Positions 9,264-18,753 of a stretch of DNA of 64,000 nt are shown here, piece after piece. The notes beneath the pieces are model-generated. The model was not told the origin of the DNA. It worked only from the letters and a program-made list of their open reading frames with translations, and ran no database searches. The position numbers were made by a program, and so were the translations under genes. The DNA is from an uncultured Holophagales bacterium. GTDB lineage: Bacteria; Acidobacteriota; Thermoanaerobaculia; Multivoradales; UBA5704. Each line of letters begins with the position of its first letter. Positions within the stretch are counted from its first letter, which is position 1. Location of the stretch: assembly GCA_963842525.1 (NCBI GenBank), contig CAWJGT010000003.1, forward strand, positions 768,001 to 832,000, read 5' to 3'.

Positions 9264-9962
9264 ATGCACGAGAGAGTCCTCATCACCGGCGCGGCCGGCG
9301 CCCTGGGCCGGAGCGTGGTGACGCGCTTCCTGGACGCTGGCGAGCGTGTGCTCGCGGTGGATGCCGACGAGTCGGCGCTCGGTGAGCTGACCGGGCTGGC
9401 TCCGTCGGACCGGCTGTCCGTGCGGCGGGTCGACCTGACCTCGACCGAGGAGGTGCAGGGCCTGTTCGACGACGCCGAGCGCGCTTCGGGCGTGCCGCGG
9501 GCCGTGGTCCACCTGGTCGGCGGCTTCCGCTGGGGGCGGATCGCCGACATGTCCGACCGCGACTGGAGCTATCTGTTGAAGCTGAACCTGGATACCACGT
9601 TCCGCGTGTTCCGCGAGGCGGCTCGGCGTTTCGAGAAGGCCGGCGGCGGAGCGATCGTGGCGGTGTCGGCTCCGGCAGGCCTGCTCGGCGAGGCCGGTGT
9701 CGGAGCTTATTCGGCCACCAAGGCCGGAGTGCTCCGCCTGGTCGAAGCGCTGGCCCGGGAGCTCGCGCAATACGGCGGCCGGGTCAACGCCGTCCTGCCC
9801 GGCACCATGGATACGCCGGCCAACCGGGCGGCGATGCCCGGGGCCGACCCGGACAAATGGGCCTCGACCGATGCGGTCGCGGCGGTTATCCACTACCTCA
9901 CGACGCCGGCTTCCGCCGCCGTCAACGGCTCCGCGGTGCGGGTGCCTGGACCGACGCTATGA
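9264..9962 (+). CDS. SDR family NAD(P)-dependent oxidoreductase
   Basis: TGAAGALG, YSATK catalytic motif, RVNAVLPGTMDT. Confidence 0.92.
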   Translation: MHERVLITGAAGALGRSVVTRFLDAGERVLAVDADESALGELTGLAPSDRLSVRRVDLTSTEEVQGLFDDAERASGVPRAVVHLVGGFRWGRIADMSDRDWSYLLKLNLDTTFRVFREAARRFEKAGGGAIVAVSAPAGLLGEAGVGAYSATKAGVLRLVEALARELAQYGGRVNAVLPGTMDTPANRAAMPGADPDKWASTDAVAAVIHYLTTPASAAVNGSAVRVPGPTL

Positions 9963-10469
9963 ACCATGCCCTGGAGTGCCATGTCTATTACGATTCGAGG
10001 CGCCATGCGGAGCCGCCTGCCGGGTGCGGCGACCGGATCGACCTCGCCGACCGGCCGGAGGCCGGGCATCTCCTCAATCGCTTTGGCCTCTCGCCGAAGG
10101 ATGACCTGCCGGCCGTCCTGTTGACCGAGGCCGGCGGCAAGCTGCGTATCGTCGGCCTGCGGCTCACCGAGGAGGAGACCGCGCGGCTCGCTTCCGGGGC
10201 ACGGCATCCCGGCCGAGCGGCTGATCGTCTACAGCTCCTCCTGGTGCCCGGACTGCCGGCGCGCCAAGCGGGTCCTGGAGGAGGCCGAGCGGCTCTTCGA
10301 GGAGGTCGACATCGACCGCGACCCGCAGGCCGAGGCCATGGTGCTGGAGAAGAGCGGCGGCCGCCGGGTGGTGCCCACGCTGCGCTTCGACGACCGGCTG
10401 TGGGCCTTCAACCCCGACCCGCCGCTGCTGCGCCGCCTGCTGGCCGGCAGGGCGCTCGACACGACGTAG
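9959..10469 (+). CDS. Glutaredoxin/mycoredoxin-like protein with an N-terminal extension; frameshift near 10200
   Basis: Second frame reads LIVYSSSWCPDCRRAKRVL..EVDIDRDP..SGGRRVVPTL. Confidence 0.7.
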
Positions 10470-10520
10470 CGGCGGGCTTCCGGCCCGCCTTTTCGTACCC
10501 GCCGTAAGGAGATGCATCCA

Positions 10521-11313
10521 ATGAGGATCGCGGTCTGCATCAAGCAGGTCCCCAACACCGAGGCCCGGCTGCGCATGAGCCGCGACGGCAGGTGGATCGA
10601 GGAAGAGGACCTGCCGTTCGTCATCAACGAGAGCGACGAGTACGCTCTGGAGGAGGGGCTCTCCCTGGCCGAGAAGACCGGCGGCGAGGTGGTGGTCTTC
10701 AGCCTCGGGCCGGAGCGCGTCAAGGAGGCGCTGCGCAAGACCCTGGCCCTCGGCGCGGCGCGGGCGGTACACCTGTCCGATCCCGCCTTCCAGGGCGGCG
10801 ACGCCCTGGCCACCGGCCGCTCCCTGGCGAAGGCCATAGGACGCGAGGCGTTCGACCTGGTGCTCACCGGCTCGCAGTCGGACGACCTGCGTTACGGCGC
10901 CACCGGGTCGATCGTCGCCGGGCATCTCGGCTGGCCGCACGTCTGGCTGGTCATGGGCGTCGAGCTGGAGGAGGGGAAAGAGCGCCAAGGTGACGCGCGA
11001 GATGGAGAGCGGCATCAACGAGATCTCGCGCATCCAACTGCCCGCGGTGCTGGAGATCCAGGCCGGCATCAACCATCCGCGCTACGCCTCGCTCAAGGGG
11101 ATCATGGCAGCCAAGAAGAAGGAGATCGCGGCCGTGACGCCGGCCGATCTGGGGCTCGACCCGTCGCAGGTGGGCGGTGCCGGGTCGCGGCTGGAGGTGA
11201 TCTCCGTCTCGTTCCCCCAGAGCGGAACCGGAGCCCAGATCCTGGAAGGCGACGCCAAGACGGCCGCCGCCCGGCTGGTCGAAAAACTGCAGAAGGAAGC
11301 GAGGGTGCTCTGA
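10521..11313 (+). CDS. etfB: Electron transfer flavoprotein beta subunit; frameshift near 10975
   Basis: MRIAVCIKQVP, INESDEYALEE, GSQSDD; second frame VTREMESG..NHPRYASLKGIMAAKKK. Confidence 0.9.
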
Positions 11314-12293
11314 TGGCGAACGTCTGGGTGGTCGTGCAGCAGCGGGAAGGCCAGCTCCCTCGCATCTCCTGGGAAGCGATCGCGGCGGCGCAGCGCCTGG
11401 CCGCGCAGGCTGGAGGGAAGGCCGAGGCGCTGGTCCTGGGCTCCGGGATCGGACTGGCCGCGGCCGATGTGGCCAAGTGCGACCTGGCCGTGGTACACGT
11501 GGCCGATCACGAGGCCCTGCGGGCCTATACGCCGGGCGGCTACATCGGCGCCCTGGCGCCGGCGATCCAGGCGGCGCGGCCGGATTGGATCGTGTTTCCC
11601 CATACGTATCAATCGGTGGACTACGTGCCGCGGTTGGCGCAGGTGGTGGACGCCGGGCTGCTGCCCGAGGTCACCGGTTTCGAATCCGGAGAGGGCGGCC
11701 TGGTCTGGTCGCGCCCGATCCTCGGCGGCAAGCTCCAGTCCAAGGTGCGGGTGAAGGGCGAGGGGACGGTCCTCGTCTCCGTCCAGTCAGGCGCCTTTCC
11801 GGCCGACGGGGTGGTCAAGGGCGAGGCCGAGGTCCGGCCGCTCGACGCCGACCTCTCGGGAGTGGCGCCGGACCGCGAGATCCTCGGCTATGAGGAAGTG
11901 GGTGGCGACCAGGTCGACCTCACCAAGGCGGACGTCATCGTCGCCGTCGGCCGTGGCGTCGGCGGCGCGGACAAGATGGGCCCTCTCGAAGAGCTGGCCC
12001 GTGCGTTGGGAGCCGAGATCGGCGCCAGCCGGCCGGTGATCGACAACGGCTGGCTGCCGCGCGACCGGCAGATCGGCTCTTCAGGGCAGACCGTCGCGCC
12101 CAAGCTCTACATCGCGGCCGGGATCTCGGGCGCCATCCAGCACCTGGTCGGCATGAAGGGCTCGTCGGTGATCGTGGCGATCAACAAGGACCCCGGCGCG
12201 CCGATCTTCACCGTGGCCGACTACGGCATCGTCGGCGACCTGCACGAGGTGGTTCCGGCGCTGACCGAGGCGATCCGGGCGGCGAAGGGGTAG
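11313..12293 (+). CDS. etfA: Electron transfer flavoprotein alpha subunit
   Basis: [58 protein letters not shown]. Confidence 0.95.
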   Translation: MANVWVVVQQREGQLPRISWEAIAAAQRLAAQAGGKAEALVLGSGIGLAAADVAKCDLAVVHVADHEALRAYTPGGYIGALAPAIQAARPDWIVFPHTYQSVDYVPRLAQVVDAGLLPEVTGFESGEGGLVWSRPILGGKLQSKVRVKGEGTVLVSVQSGAFPADGVVKGEAEVRPLDADLSGVAPDREILGYEEVGGDQVDLTKADVIVAVGRGVGGADKMGPLEELARALGAEIGASRPVIDNGWLPRDRQIGSSGQTVAPKLYIAAGISGAIQHLVGMKGSSVIVAINKDPGAPIFTVADYGIVGDLHEVVPALTEAIRAAKG

Positions 12294-12325
12294 ATTTCCC
12301 GTCCAGTCAGGAGGCGGGCGGCCGG

Positions 12326-12490
12326 GGCCCCTCACCCCCCGGCCCCCTCTCCCAACCGCCCTCCCTATCCTCCGGGAGAGGGGGAGAAATGCATATGGAT
12401 GAGCTGAGGTGATGACGCACGACATGTCTTCGCTCCCCTCTTCCGGTGGTCCGGGTGGGCGGTTGGGAGAGGGGCCGGGGGTGAGGGGCC
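12326..12490. repeat. Palindromic CCCTCACCCCC/CCCTCTCCC-family element (REP/MITE-like) overlapping the lysC start
   Basis: GGCCCCTCACCCCCCGGCCCCCTCTCCCAACCGCCC ... GGGCGGTTGGGAGAGGGGCCGGGGGTGAGGGGCC inverted arms. Confidence 0.85.
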
Positions 12491-15098
12491 GCTGGGTCGT
12501 CCTCAAATTCGGCGGAACCAGCGTCTCGACGCGGGAGAGCTGGCGGACGATCGCGAGCCTGGTGCGGGAGCGGATCGAGGAGGGGCTGCGGCCCCTTCTC
12601 GTCGGCTCGGCGCTGAGCGGCGTCACGGATGCTCTGGAGGAGATGCTCGGCCTCGCCGTGCTGGGCCGGCACGAGGCGGCTCTGCACGCGATCGAGGCAC
12701 GGCATCTGGAGCTCGGGCGGGCTCTGGGGCTCGACCCCGAGCCGGTTCTTCGCGGCCGAGCTCGAAGAGCTGTCGCGCCTCGCCCTGGCCGCCTCCCTCC
12801 TGCGTGAGGCCGGCCCCGGTCTCAAGGCCCGCGTCCTGGCCTGCGGCGAGCTGATGTCGACCCTCCTGGGCGTCGCCTTCCTCCAGGGCCAGGGGATTGA
12901 AACCGCCTGGCTCGATGCCCGCGAGGCGCTGGTGGCGCTCGACGAGCCGGGAGCCCGCGGTCTCCGCTATGGGCGCAGCGGGCGCGCCTATCTCTCCGCG
13001 AGCTGCGGCTGGGAGCGCGACGACGCGTTGCGCCTCCGGCTGGAGGCCATGAAGGCGGAGGTCGTCGTCACCCAGGGCTTCATCGCCCGCAACTCCGACG
13101 GCGAGGTCGTCCTGCTCGGCCGCGGCGGGTCGGATGCCTCGGCGGCCTGCTTCGCGGCCCGGCTCGGCGCCGAGCGCTGCGAGATCTGGACCGGCGTCCC
13201 CGGCATGTTCACGGCCAATCCGGCCCTGCTCCCGTCGGCCCGTCTGCTGCGCGCCCTCGACTACGAGGAGGCGCAGGAGGTCGCCATCGCCGGCGCCAAG
13301 GTGCTCCATCCGCGTGCGATTTCGCCTCTGCGTCACCACAGGATCCCGCTGCACGTCCGCTGGACCCTCCGGCCGGACGCGCCGGGCACCGTGATCTCCG
13401 CGTCTGGACCGGGCACCGAGCCGGAGGTCAAGGCGATCTCGACCCGTAGCGGCATCACGCTGATCTCCCTGGAGACGGTCGGGATGTGGCAGGCCGTCGG
13501 CTTCCTGGCCGACGTCTTCGCCTGCTTTGCCCGCCATGGGATCTCCGTCGACGCCATCTCGACCTCGGAGACCAACGTCACCGTCTCGCTGGACCCGGAC
13601 GCCAATGTCCTCGATCCGGCGCTCCGGCGGAGCCTGCTGCGCGATCTCGGGCAGCTCTGCGAGCCGCGGGTGATCGAGCCCACGGCGGCCATCTCCCTGG
13701 TCGGCCGCGGCATCCGGGCCATCCTGCACGAGCTCGGGCCCGGTGCTCGAAGCGTTCGAGGAGATCCAGGTCCATCTGGTCACCCAGTCGGCGAGCGACC
13801 TCAACCTGACCTTCGTGGTCGACCAGGAGCAGAGCGAGCGCCTGATCCGCCAGCTCCACGGCCTGCTCTTCGGGCACAAGACCGAAGGGCCTGTGTTCGG
13901 GCCGACCTGGGACGAGCTCGCCGCCGAAAGGTCGGCCGAGGCGGCGCGCCCAGCGGCGCCGTGGTGGCAGGAGCGTCGCGAGCGAGCTGCTGGCGCTGGC
14001 GCCAGGAGGAGGGCCCGGTCTACGTCTACGACGCCGAGACGCTGCGACCGCTCGGTCGCGGCCCTGCGCGGCCTGAAGGCGGTCGACCGGATCTTCTACT
14101 CCGTCAAGGCAAACCACCAACCGGAGGTGCTCGCCCGGTTCCACGGCGCGGGGCTGGGGTTCGAGTGCGTGTCGGTCCCCGAGCTGGAGCACGTCCGCGC
14201 GCTGTTCCCGGCCCTCGACGGCTCCTGCCTCCTTTTCACTCCCAATTTCGCGCCGCGCCAGGAGTACCGGCGTGCCTTCGAGCTCGGCGCCTGGGTGACT
14301 CTCGACAACCTGCACCCGTTGCGCGAGTGGCCGGAGGTGCTTGCGGGGCCGGGAGGTGCTGCTGCGGCTCGATCCCGGCCGGGGCAAGGGGCATCACGTC
14401 CACGTGCGCACGGCCGGCGTGCAGTCCAAGTTCGGAGTCGCTTTGGAGGAGCTGGACGAAGCCAGGCGGCTGGTCGAGGAGCGCGGGGTCCGCGTGGTCG
14501 GCCTGCACGCGCATGCGGGCAGCGGCATCCGCACCGCCGGGGCGTGGAGCGAGACCGCGGCCTTCCTGGGTGCCGCCATCGAGCGCTTCCCGGAGGTCCG
14601 GGTGCTCGACCTCGGGGGCGGCCTGGGGATTCCCGAGCGGCCGGGGCAGAGCCCCCTCGACCTCGACGCGTTGGGCGCCTCGCTGCGCCGCTTCCGCGAG
14701 CGGCTACCCCGAGCTTGGAGCTCTGGCTGGAGCCGGGCCGTTTCCTGGTGGCCCAGGCCGGCGTGCTGCTCGCCCGCGTGGTCCAGGTCAAGCGCAAGGG
14801 GGGCGTCACCTACCTCGGCCTGGAGACAGGGATGAACTCGCTGATCCGACCCGCCCTCTACGGCGCCTATCACCCGATCGTCAACCTCTCGCGCCTGGGC
14901 GAGCCGGCGACCCTGATCGCGCACGTCGTGGGTCCGATCTGCGAGACCGGCGACATCCTCGGCCGCTCCCGGCGCCTCGCTCCGGCCCGGGAGGGAGACG
15001 TCCTCCTGATCGCCAACGCCGGAGCCTACGGCCGCGTCATGAGCTCGCACTACAACATGCGCGAGCCGGCAGGGGAGCGGCTGCTGGAGGCAAGGTAG
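12412..15098 (+). CDS. lysAC: Bifunctional aspartate kinase / diaminopimelate decarboxylase; about 6 indels
   Basis: VVLKFGGTSVS, TQGFIA..LGRGGSD, GAKVLHP, ACT domains; FYSVKAN, SKFG, HAHAGSG, DLGGGLG, EPGRFLVA, VGPICETGD, NAGAYG..SSHYNMR across shifted frames. Confidence 0.9.
15004..15087 (+). repeat. Direct repeat copy 1 (84 bp, 3' end of the lysA domain)
   Basis: TCCTGATCGCCAACGCCGGAGCC...GGGGAGCGGCTGCTGG, matches 17034-17117 with 1 mismatch. Confidence 0.95.
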
Positions 15099-15146
15099 AC
15101 TGGATGGACGCCAGCAGGGTCAGGGGGCGGCGATTGGAGAGATAGG

Positions 15147-15711
15147 GTGCACGGTTTTCCGCGGGACTTCTGGGGCAAGCTCGACCAGGCGCCGGATGGC
15201 TCGGTGATCGGATGGCATCCGCTCGTCCATCATTGCGCCGACGTGGCCGCCTGCTGTGAGGCGCTGCTGCGCGAGACGCTTCTCGCACGCCGGCTGGCGG
15301 CGCTTGCGGGACGCGACCGACTCTCTTCCGTGCAGGTCGCCCGGGCGGGGCTACGCCGAACGGCGGCAAGGGCACCTCAACCTGATCCGCCGCGATCTCG
15401 CCTTCGGCTCGGACTCGGCCGGTGAAAGCGTCGCGTTCCCGAGCGGCGACACCGCGCGCCGCATCCCGACCCGCCTCGGGCTGGAAGACCGCCTCGTTCA
15501 CTTCGAGCCACCGGTGCCGAGCCCGTTCAACGCCGGCCGCGCGATCACCGACCTCACCCTGCCCCATCACCTTGTGGCGCCGGGGACCTCGCCGGATGCC
15601 GAGACCGCCGACGAGATCGAGCGGACCGAGGGAGGTTTCTCGTTCCGGTTCGGCGCCGGGCGGTACCTCTACGACCGGCTGGGGCTTCGCAGGGTGGACC
15701 TCACCCCCTGA
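15147..15711 (+). pseudogene. cas3: Internally deleted type I-E cas3 (HD N-terminus joined to the extreme C-terminus)
   Basis: FWGKL..GWHPLVHHCADVAACCEALL (Cas3 HD start) to about 15344, then in another frame IPTRLG..PSPF..FSFRFGAGRYLYDRLGL; adjacent cse1 fragment and I-E repeats support the call. Confidence 0.72.
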
Positions 15712-15728
15712 CCCCAGGGCGCTGGCGG

Positions 15729-15871
15729 GGACCTCACCCCCCGTCCCCCTCTCCCATCCCACCGGGAGAGGGGGCGCCGCCGCCCAAAGACATGAAAAAG
15801 CGAGGGTTGGGGGTTCCCCCTCTCCCGGCCGGCGGGGGGGCGATGGGAGAGGGGGTCAGGGGGTGAGGTCC
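15729..15871. repeat. Palindromic CCTCACCCCC-family element
   Basis: GGACCTCACCCCC..CCCCCTCTCCCATC ... GATGGGAGAGGGGG..GGGGGTGAGGTCC. Confidence 0.85.
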
Positions 15872-16065
15872 AAGGCTGCGGCGCCAGCGGGACTTTGGCG
15901 GGAGCCCCCAGGGCGCAGCGCCAACGTCTTCCCCTTGTCGCCGGGACATGTTATCTTTCGTCTTTCGTCCGGGAACGAATCCGAAGGAAGACATTCTATG
16001 AGTCAGCCCGCCGTTCAGGCCCTCGACGAAGACCTCTCCTTCGATCTCGGCACTCCTCCAGTGCC

Positions 16066-16339
16066 ATGAGCTTGAATGGGACCCGAAGAAGGCAGCCGCC
16101 AACCGTCGCAAGCACGGCGCATCGTTCGATGAAGCAGCAACGGTTTTCCCCTCGATCCGATGGCCGTGTCTGGCTCTGACCCGGACCATTCGCTCGGCGA
16201 AAAGCGATACATTACGTTCGGGAGGTCACGGTTGGGTCGGCTGCTTGCCGTATGCCACACGTACCGGCCGGGTACCATTCGCATCATCACTGCACGCCGA
16301 GTGACGCGCGGCGAAAGGAAGTTATATGAAGAAGGCTGA
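16066..16339 (+). CDS. brnT: BrnT-family toxin (indels at the start and near 16150)
   Basis: ELEWDPKKAAANRRKHGASFDEAATVF / DPDHSLGEKRYITFG..IRIITARR..ERKLYEEG. Confidence 0.8.
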
Positions 16340-16559
16340 AGACGAGATGCGAGCCGAGTACAAGAAAGCTGACTTTGCGAAGCTGGAACGTGGAAAGTTC
16401 TACGAGGAGGCGGCGCGAGGGACTTCTGTTGCCTTGCTTGAACCAGCTATCGCAAAGGCGTTCCCCACCTCAGAAGCAGTCAACCAAGCGCTGCACGATC
16501 TGCTAGCCCTGGCTGAGAAGGCGGCACGCATCACGCGCCGCGCCAAAGCGCGCCGCTGA
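16326..16559 (+). CDS. Antitoxin partner of BrnT (BrnA-like)
   Basis: DEMRAEY..RGKFY..LLEPAIAKAFPTSEAVNQAL; overlaps the toxin end. Confidence 0.75.
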   Translation: MKKAEDEMRAEYKKADFAKLERGKFYEEAARGTSVALLEPAIAKAFPTSEAVNQALHDLLALAEKAARITRRAKARR

Positions 16560-16609
16560 AGGTAACTCCGAGCGCGGGCGCGCCCCCCTGGGACCGTCGC
16601 CTCGTGACC

Positions 16610-16716
16610 CTCGTGGAGCCGGGAACCCCGCCGGACGCCGCGACCGCCGCCGAGGTCGAGCAGACCGAGGGAGGTTTCTCGTTCCGGTTCGGCCCCCGGC
16701 GCTACCTCTACGACCG
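16610..16716 (+). repeat. Diverged second copy of the cas3 3' end (copy of 15571-15677)
   Basis: Both 107 bp; shared core GACCGAGGGAGGTTTCTCGTTCCGGTTCGGC and TACCTCTACGACCG. Confidence 0.9.
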
Positions 16717-16735
16717 ATGGCGAGATTGTCAAGGC

Positions 16736-16950
16736 ATGCATACACACAGCTTGCTCGCTCAACCTCTGCTCACCGTCAGGGCCGGAGCCGGTGAACGGCT
16801 GAGGACCACCCTCCCGGATCTCCTCGCGCATCTCGGCCGCGGCGAGGAGCTGGAGCCGCTCGCGCTGCGGCCGCACCAGCACCACGCCTGGCACGCCTTC
16901 CTGGTCCAACTCGGCGCGCTGGTGCTCCACCGTACAGGGGACCGCTCGCT
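16736..16950 (+). pseudogene. cse1: N-terminal fragment of type I-E Cse1/Cas8e (CasA)
   Basis: HSLLAQPLLTVR..TLPDLLAHL..ALRPHQHHAWHAFLVQL; lies between the cas3 end and the I-E repeat. Confidence 0.65.
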
Positions 16951-16951
16951 C

Positions 16952-17035
16952 GGTTTCCCCGTGCCCGCGGGGATCGACCCATGCCGGAGGCGTTCCACTT
17001 CACCGTGAGTCGGTTTCCCCGTGCCCGCGGGGATC
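16952..17035 (+). CRISPR. Type I-E mini-array remnant: one 29-bp repeat, one spacer of about 31 bp, one truncated repeat
   Basis: GGTTTCCCCGTGCCCGCGGGGATCGACCC at 16952, again at 17012 and cut at GGATC; TCCCCG..CGGGGA stem typical of I-E repeats. Confidence 0.85.
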
Positions 17036-17117
17036 CTGATCGCCAACGCCGGAGCCTACGGCCGCGTCATGAGCTCGCACTACAACATGCGCGAGCCGGC
17101 AGGGGAGCGGTTGCTGG
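17034..17117 (+). repeat. Direct repeat copy 2 of the lysA 3' end
   Basis: 83/84 identical to 15004-15087. Confidence 0.95.
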
Positions 17118-17157
17118 GCGTGCGGGTCCTCACCCCTAGCCGGCAGACGGCGCGAGG

Positions 17158-17499
17158 TCAGGCCGCTTTCAGCATGAAGTTGACGTGCACGGCGTCAAAC
17201 GGGAAGACGATCCGCCCGTCCTCTGTTTTTTGAAGGATTCCCGCGTTGAGCAGAGCATGGACATCGCCATGCACCGCCTTGACGTCCCGTTCAACCCGCC
17301 GGGCCGATTCGCGGAGCGTCACCGGCCCGGCACCCGTCAGCACCGAGAGCAGCTCCCACCGCTTTTGCGTCAGAACCTTGAATAAAAGCGCTGGCGTTTC
17401 GAAGCTGATGAATTCTCCTTGCGGCTCTCCTTCGAAGGCGCGGAGCAGGCGGCGGTTGGTCTCTTTGCGGGATGAGACCTCCAAAGTCACGGTGCTCAT
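17158..17499 (-). CDS. Winged-HTH antitoxin-like regulator (HVO_A0114/TumA-like)
   Basis: ISFETPALLFKVLTQKRWELL..TLRESARRVERDVKAVHGDVHAL. Confidence 0.75.
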   Translation of the reverse strand: MSTVTLEVSSRKETNRRLLRAFEGEPQGEFISFETPALLFKVLTQKRWELLSVLTGAGPVTLRESARRVERDVKAVHGDVHALLNAGILQKTEDGRIVFPFDAVHVNFMLKAA

Positions 17500-17500
17500 A

Positions 17501-17782
17501 TCAGGATCTCCATTGATCCATATCGTTCCAGAAATCCGCGAGCAGTTGTGCTGGCGTCGTGAAGAGATACGGCGTCTGCTCTCCACCGATGTGTTTGTGA
17601 TCCCCCTTGCCGGGCTCATTGTCGTAGCGCAGCACACAAGCACCGTTCATCACGAAGGCAAGCCGGTACTTGAAGCCGTGCGTGCTGCCGAGCAAAGGCG
17701 AGGGTACCTGCCAAACCACCAGCTCCACGAAGGCGCCCTCAGAAACGACGCGGCGCTCACGGAGCAGCAGCGTCGCTTTCAT
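17501..17782 (-). CDS. DUF6516 / TumE-like toxin
   Basis: VVWQVP..HGFKYRL..LRYDNE.GKGDHKH motif. Confidence 0.75.
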   Translation of the reverse strand: MKATLLLRERRVVSEGAFVELVVWQVPSPLLGSTHGFKYRLAFVMNGACVLRYDNEPGKGDHKHIGGEQTPYLFTTPAQLLADFWNDMDQWRS

Positions 17783-17833
17783 GTTGGAGAAAATAACAAC
17801 GCCCAGGGGTGGCTGTCAAGCGGATCAGCGAAG

Positions 17834-17896
17834 CCCTCACCCCCCTGGCCCCCTCTCCCGTGCGTCCCGCACCCCCCTCCCCGAACGGGAGAGGGG
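17834..17896. repeat. Single-arm CCCTCACCCCC-family hairpin
   Basis: CCCTCACCCCCCTGGCCCCCTCTCCCGT...ACGGGAGAGGGG. Confidence 0.8.
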
Positions 17897-17908
17897 AAAC
17901 CAGGCAGG

Positions 17909-18736
17909 TCAGGAAAGGCCGATCTCGAGCTCGCGGCAAACCTCGGGCAGGATCAGCTCCGCTGGGGCGCGGATGCCCTGGACGCCTGGGACGGGCGGCG
18001 CGGCGGCTGGATCGATGGAGAGCACCGGCGTACGCCAGCCGAGCGCCTCCCGCAGCACGAGGTCGGTGATCCCCACCGAGAACGACGTGCCGGCGAAGAG
18101 AGCGAGAGCCATCCGCTCCACGGCGCTCCGCACCCGGCCGAAGCCATAGTCCACGTGCTCGTCGTAGGTTTCGTCGAAGAGCAGGGCGTGGGCACGCAGC
18201 AGAGCGCCGCAGCGGGGACAGCGGGGGAGGCTCTCGCGCACCGGGTGGGTCCGGAAGGCGGAGAAGTCGGCCTCGGCTGCCGGCAGCGAGCCGTGGGGCG
18301 CACCCAGGGAACAGCCGTCGCGCGAGCAGCGCACCCGGTCCGCGGTGCCGTGCACCTTGACCAGCCGCTGCGATCCCGCCTGCTCGTGCAGGGTGTCGAC
18401 GTTCTGGGTGACCAGGAGGAAGTCGCCGCCGCGGCCGACCTGCCAGCGCTCGAGGGCGGTGATGGCCCGGTGGGCCGGATTAGGCTTCGCGTCCAGGAGC
18501 CCGTCGAAGCTGCGCAGGAACCACTGCCACCAGCCGACCGGGTCGCGCTGGAAATAGCGGATCGTGCCGATCTCGGTGACGTCGCGCTTCCAGATCGCGT
18601 CCGGATCGGTGCCGCGGAAGAGGGGAAGGCCGCTCGCCGCGCTCACGCCGGCCCCGGTGACCACCAGGATCAGACCGTTGCCGGCCTTGCGGCAGGATTC
18701 GGAAATCCGGCGAACGTCCCGAACGTCCCCTTCCAT
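17909..18736 (-). CDS. cobB: Sir2-family NAD-dependent protein deacylase
   Basis: TGAGVSAASGLPLFRG, PNPAH, TQNVDTLH, VHG, CxxC zinc ligands, GTSFSV. Confidence 0.9.
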   Translation of the reverse strand: MEGDVRDVRRISESCRKAGNGLILVVTGAGVSAASGLPLFRGTDPDAIWKRDVTEIGTIRYFQRDPVGWWQWFLRSFDGLLDAKPNPAHRAITALERWQVGRGGDFLLVTQNVDTLHEQAGSQRLVKVHGTADRVRCSRDGCSLGAPHGSLPAAEADFSAFRTHPVRESLPRCPRCGALLRAHALLFDETYDEHVDYGFGRVRSAVERMALALFAGTSFSVGITDLVLREALGWRTPVLSIDPAAAPPVPGVQGIRAPAELILPEVCRELEIGLS

Positions 18737-18753
18737 GCCGCGGCAGGATAGCA

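Noticed and set aside
10512-12293. Fused EtfB-EtfA protein
   Set aside because: Indel near 10975. The true EtfB C-terminus is in ORF 10990..11313, with a TGATG junction to etfA.
17909-18736. Sir2 as an anti-phage effector (Thoeris/DSR type)
   Set aside because: It has the classic CobB layout with a zinc-binding insert and no defence partner domains.
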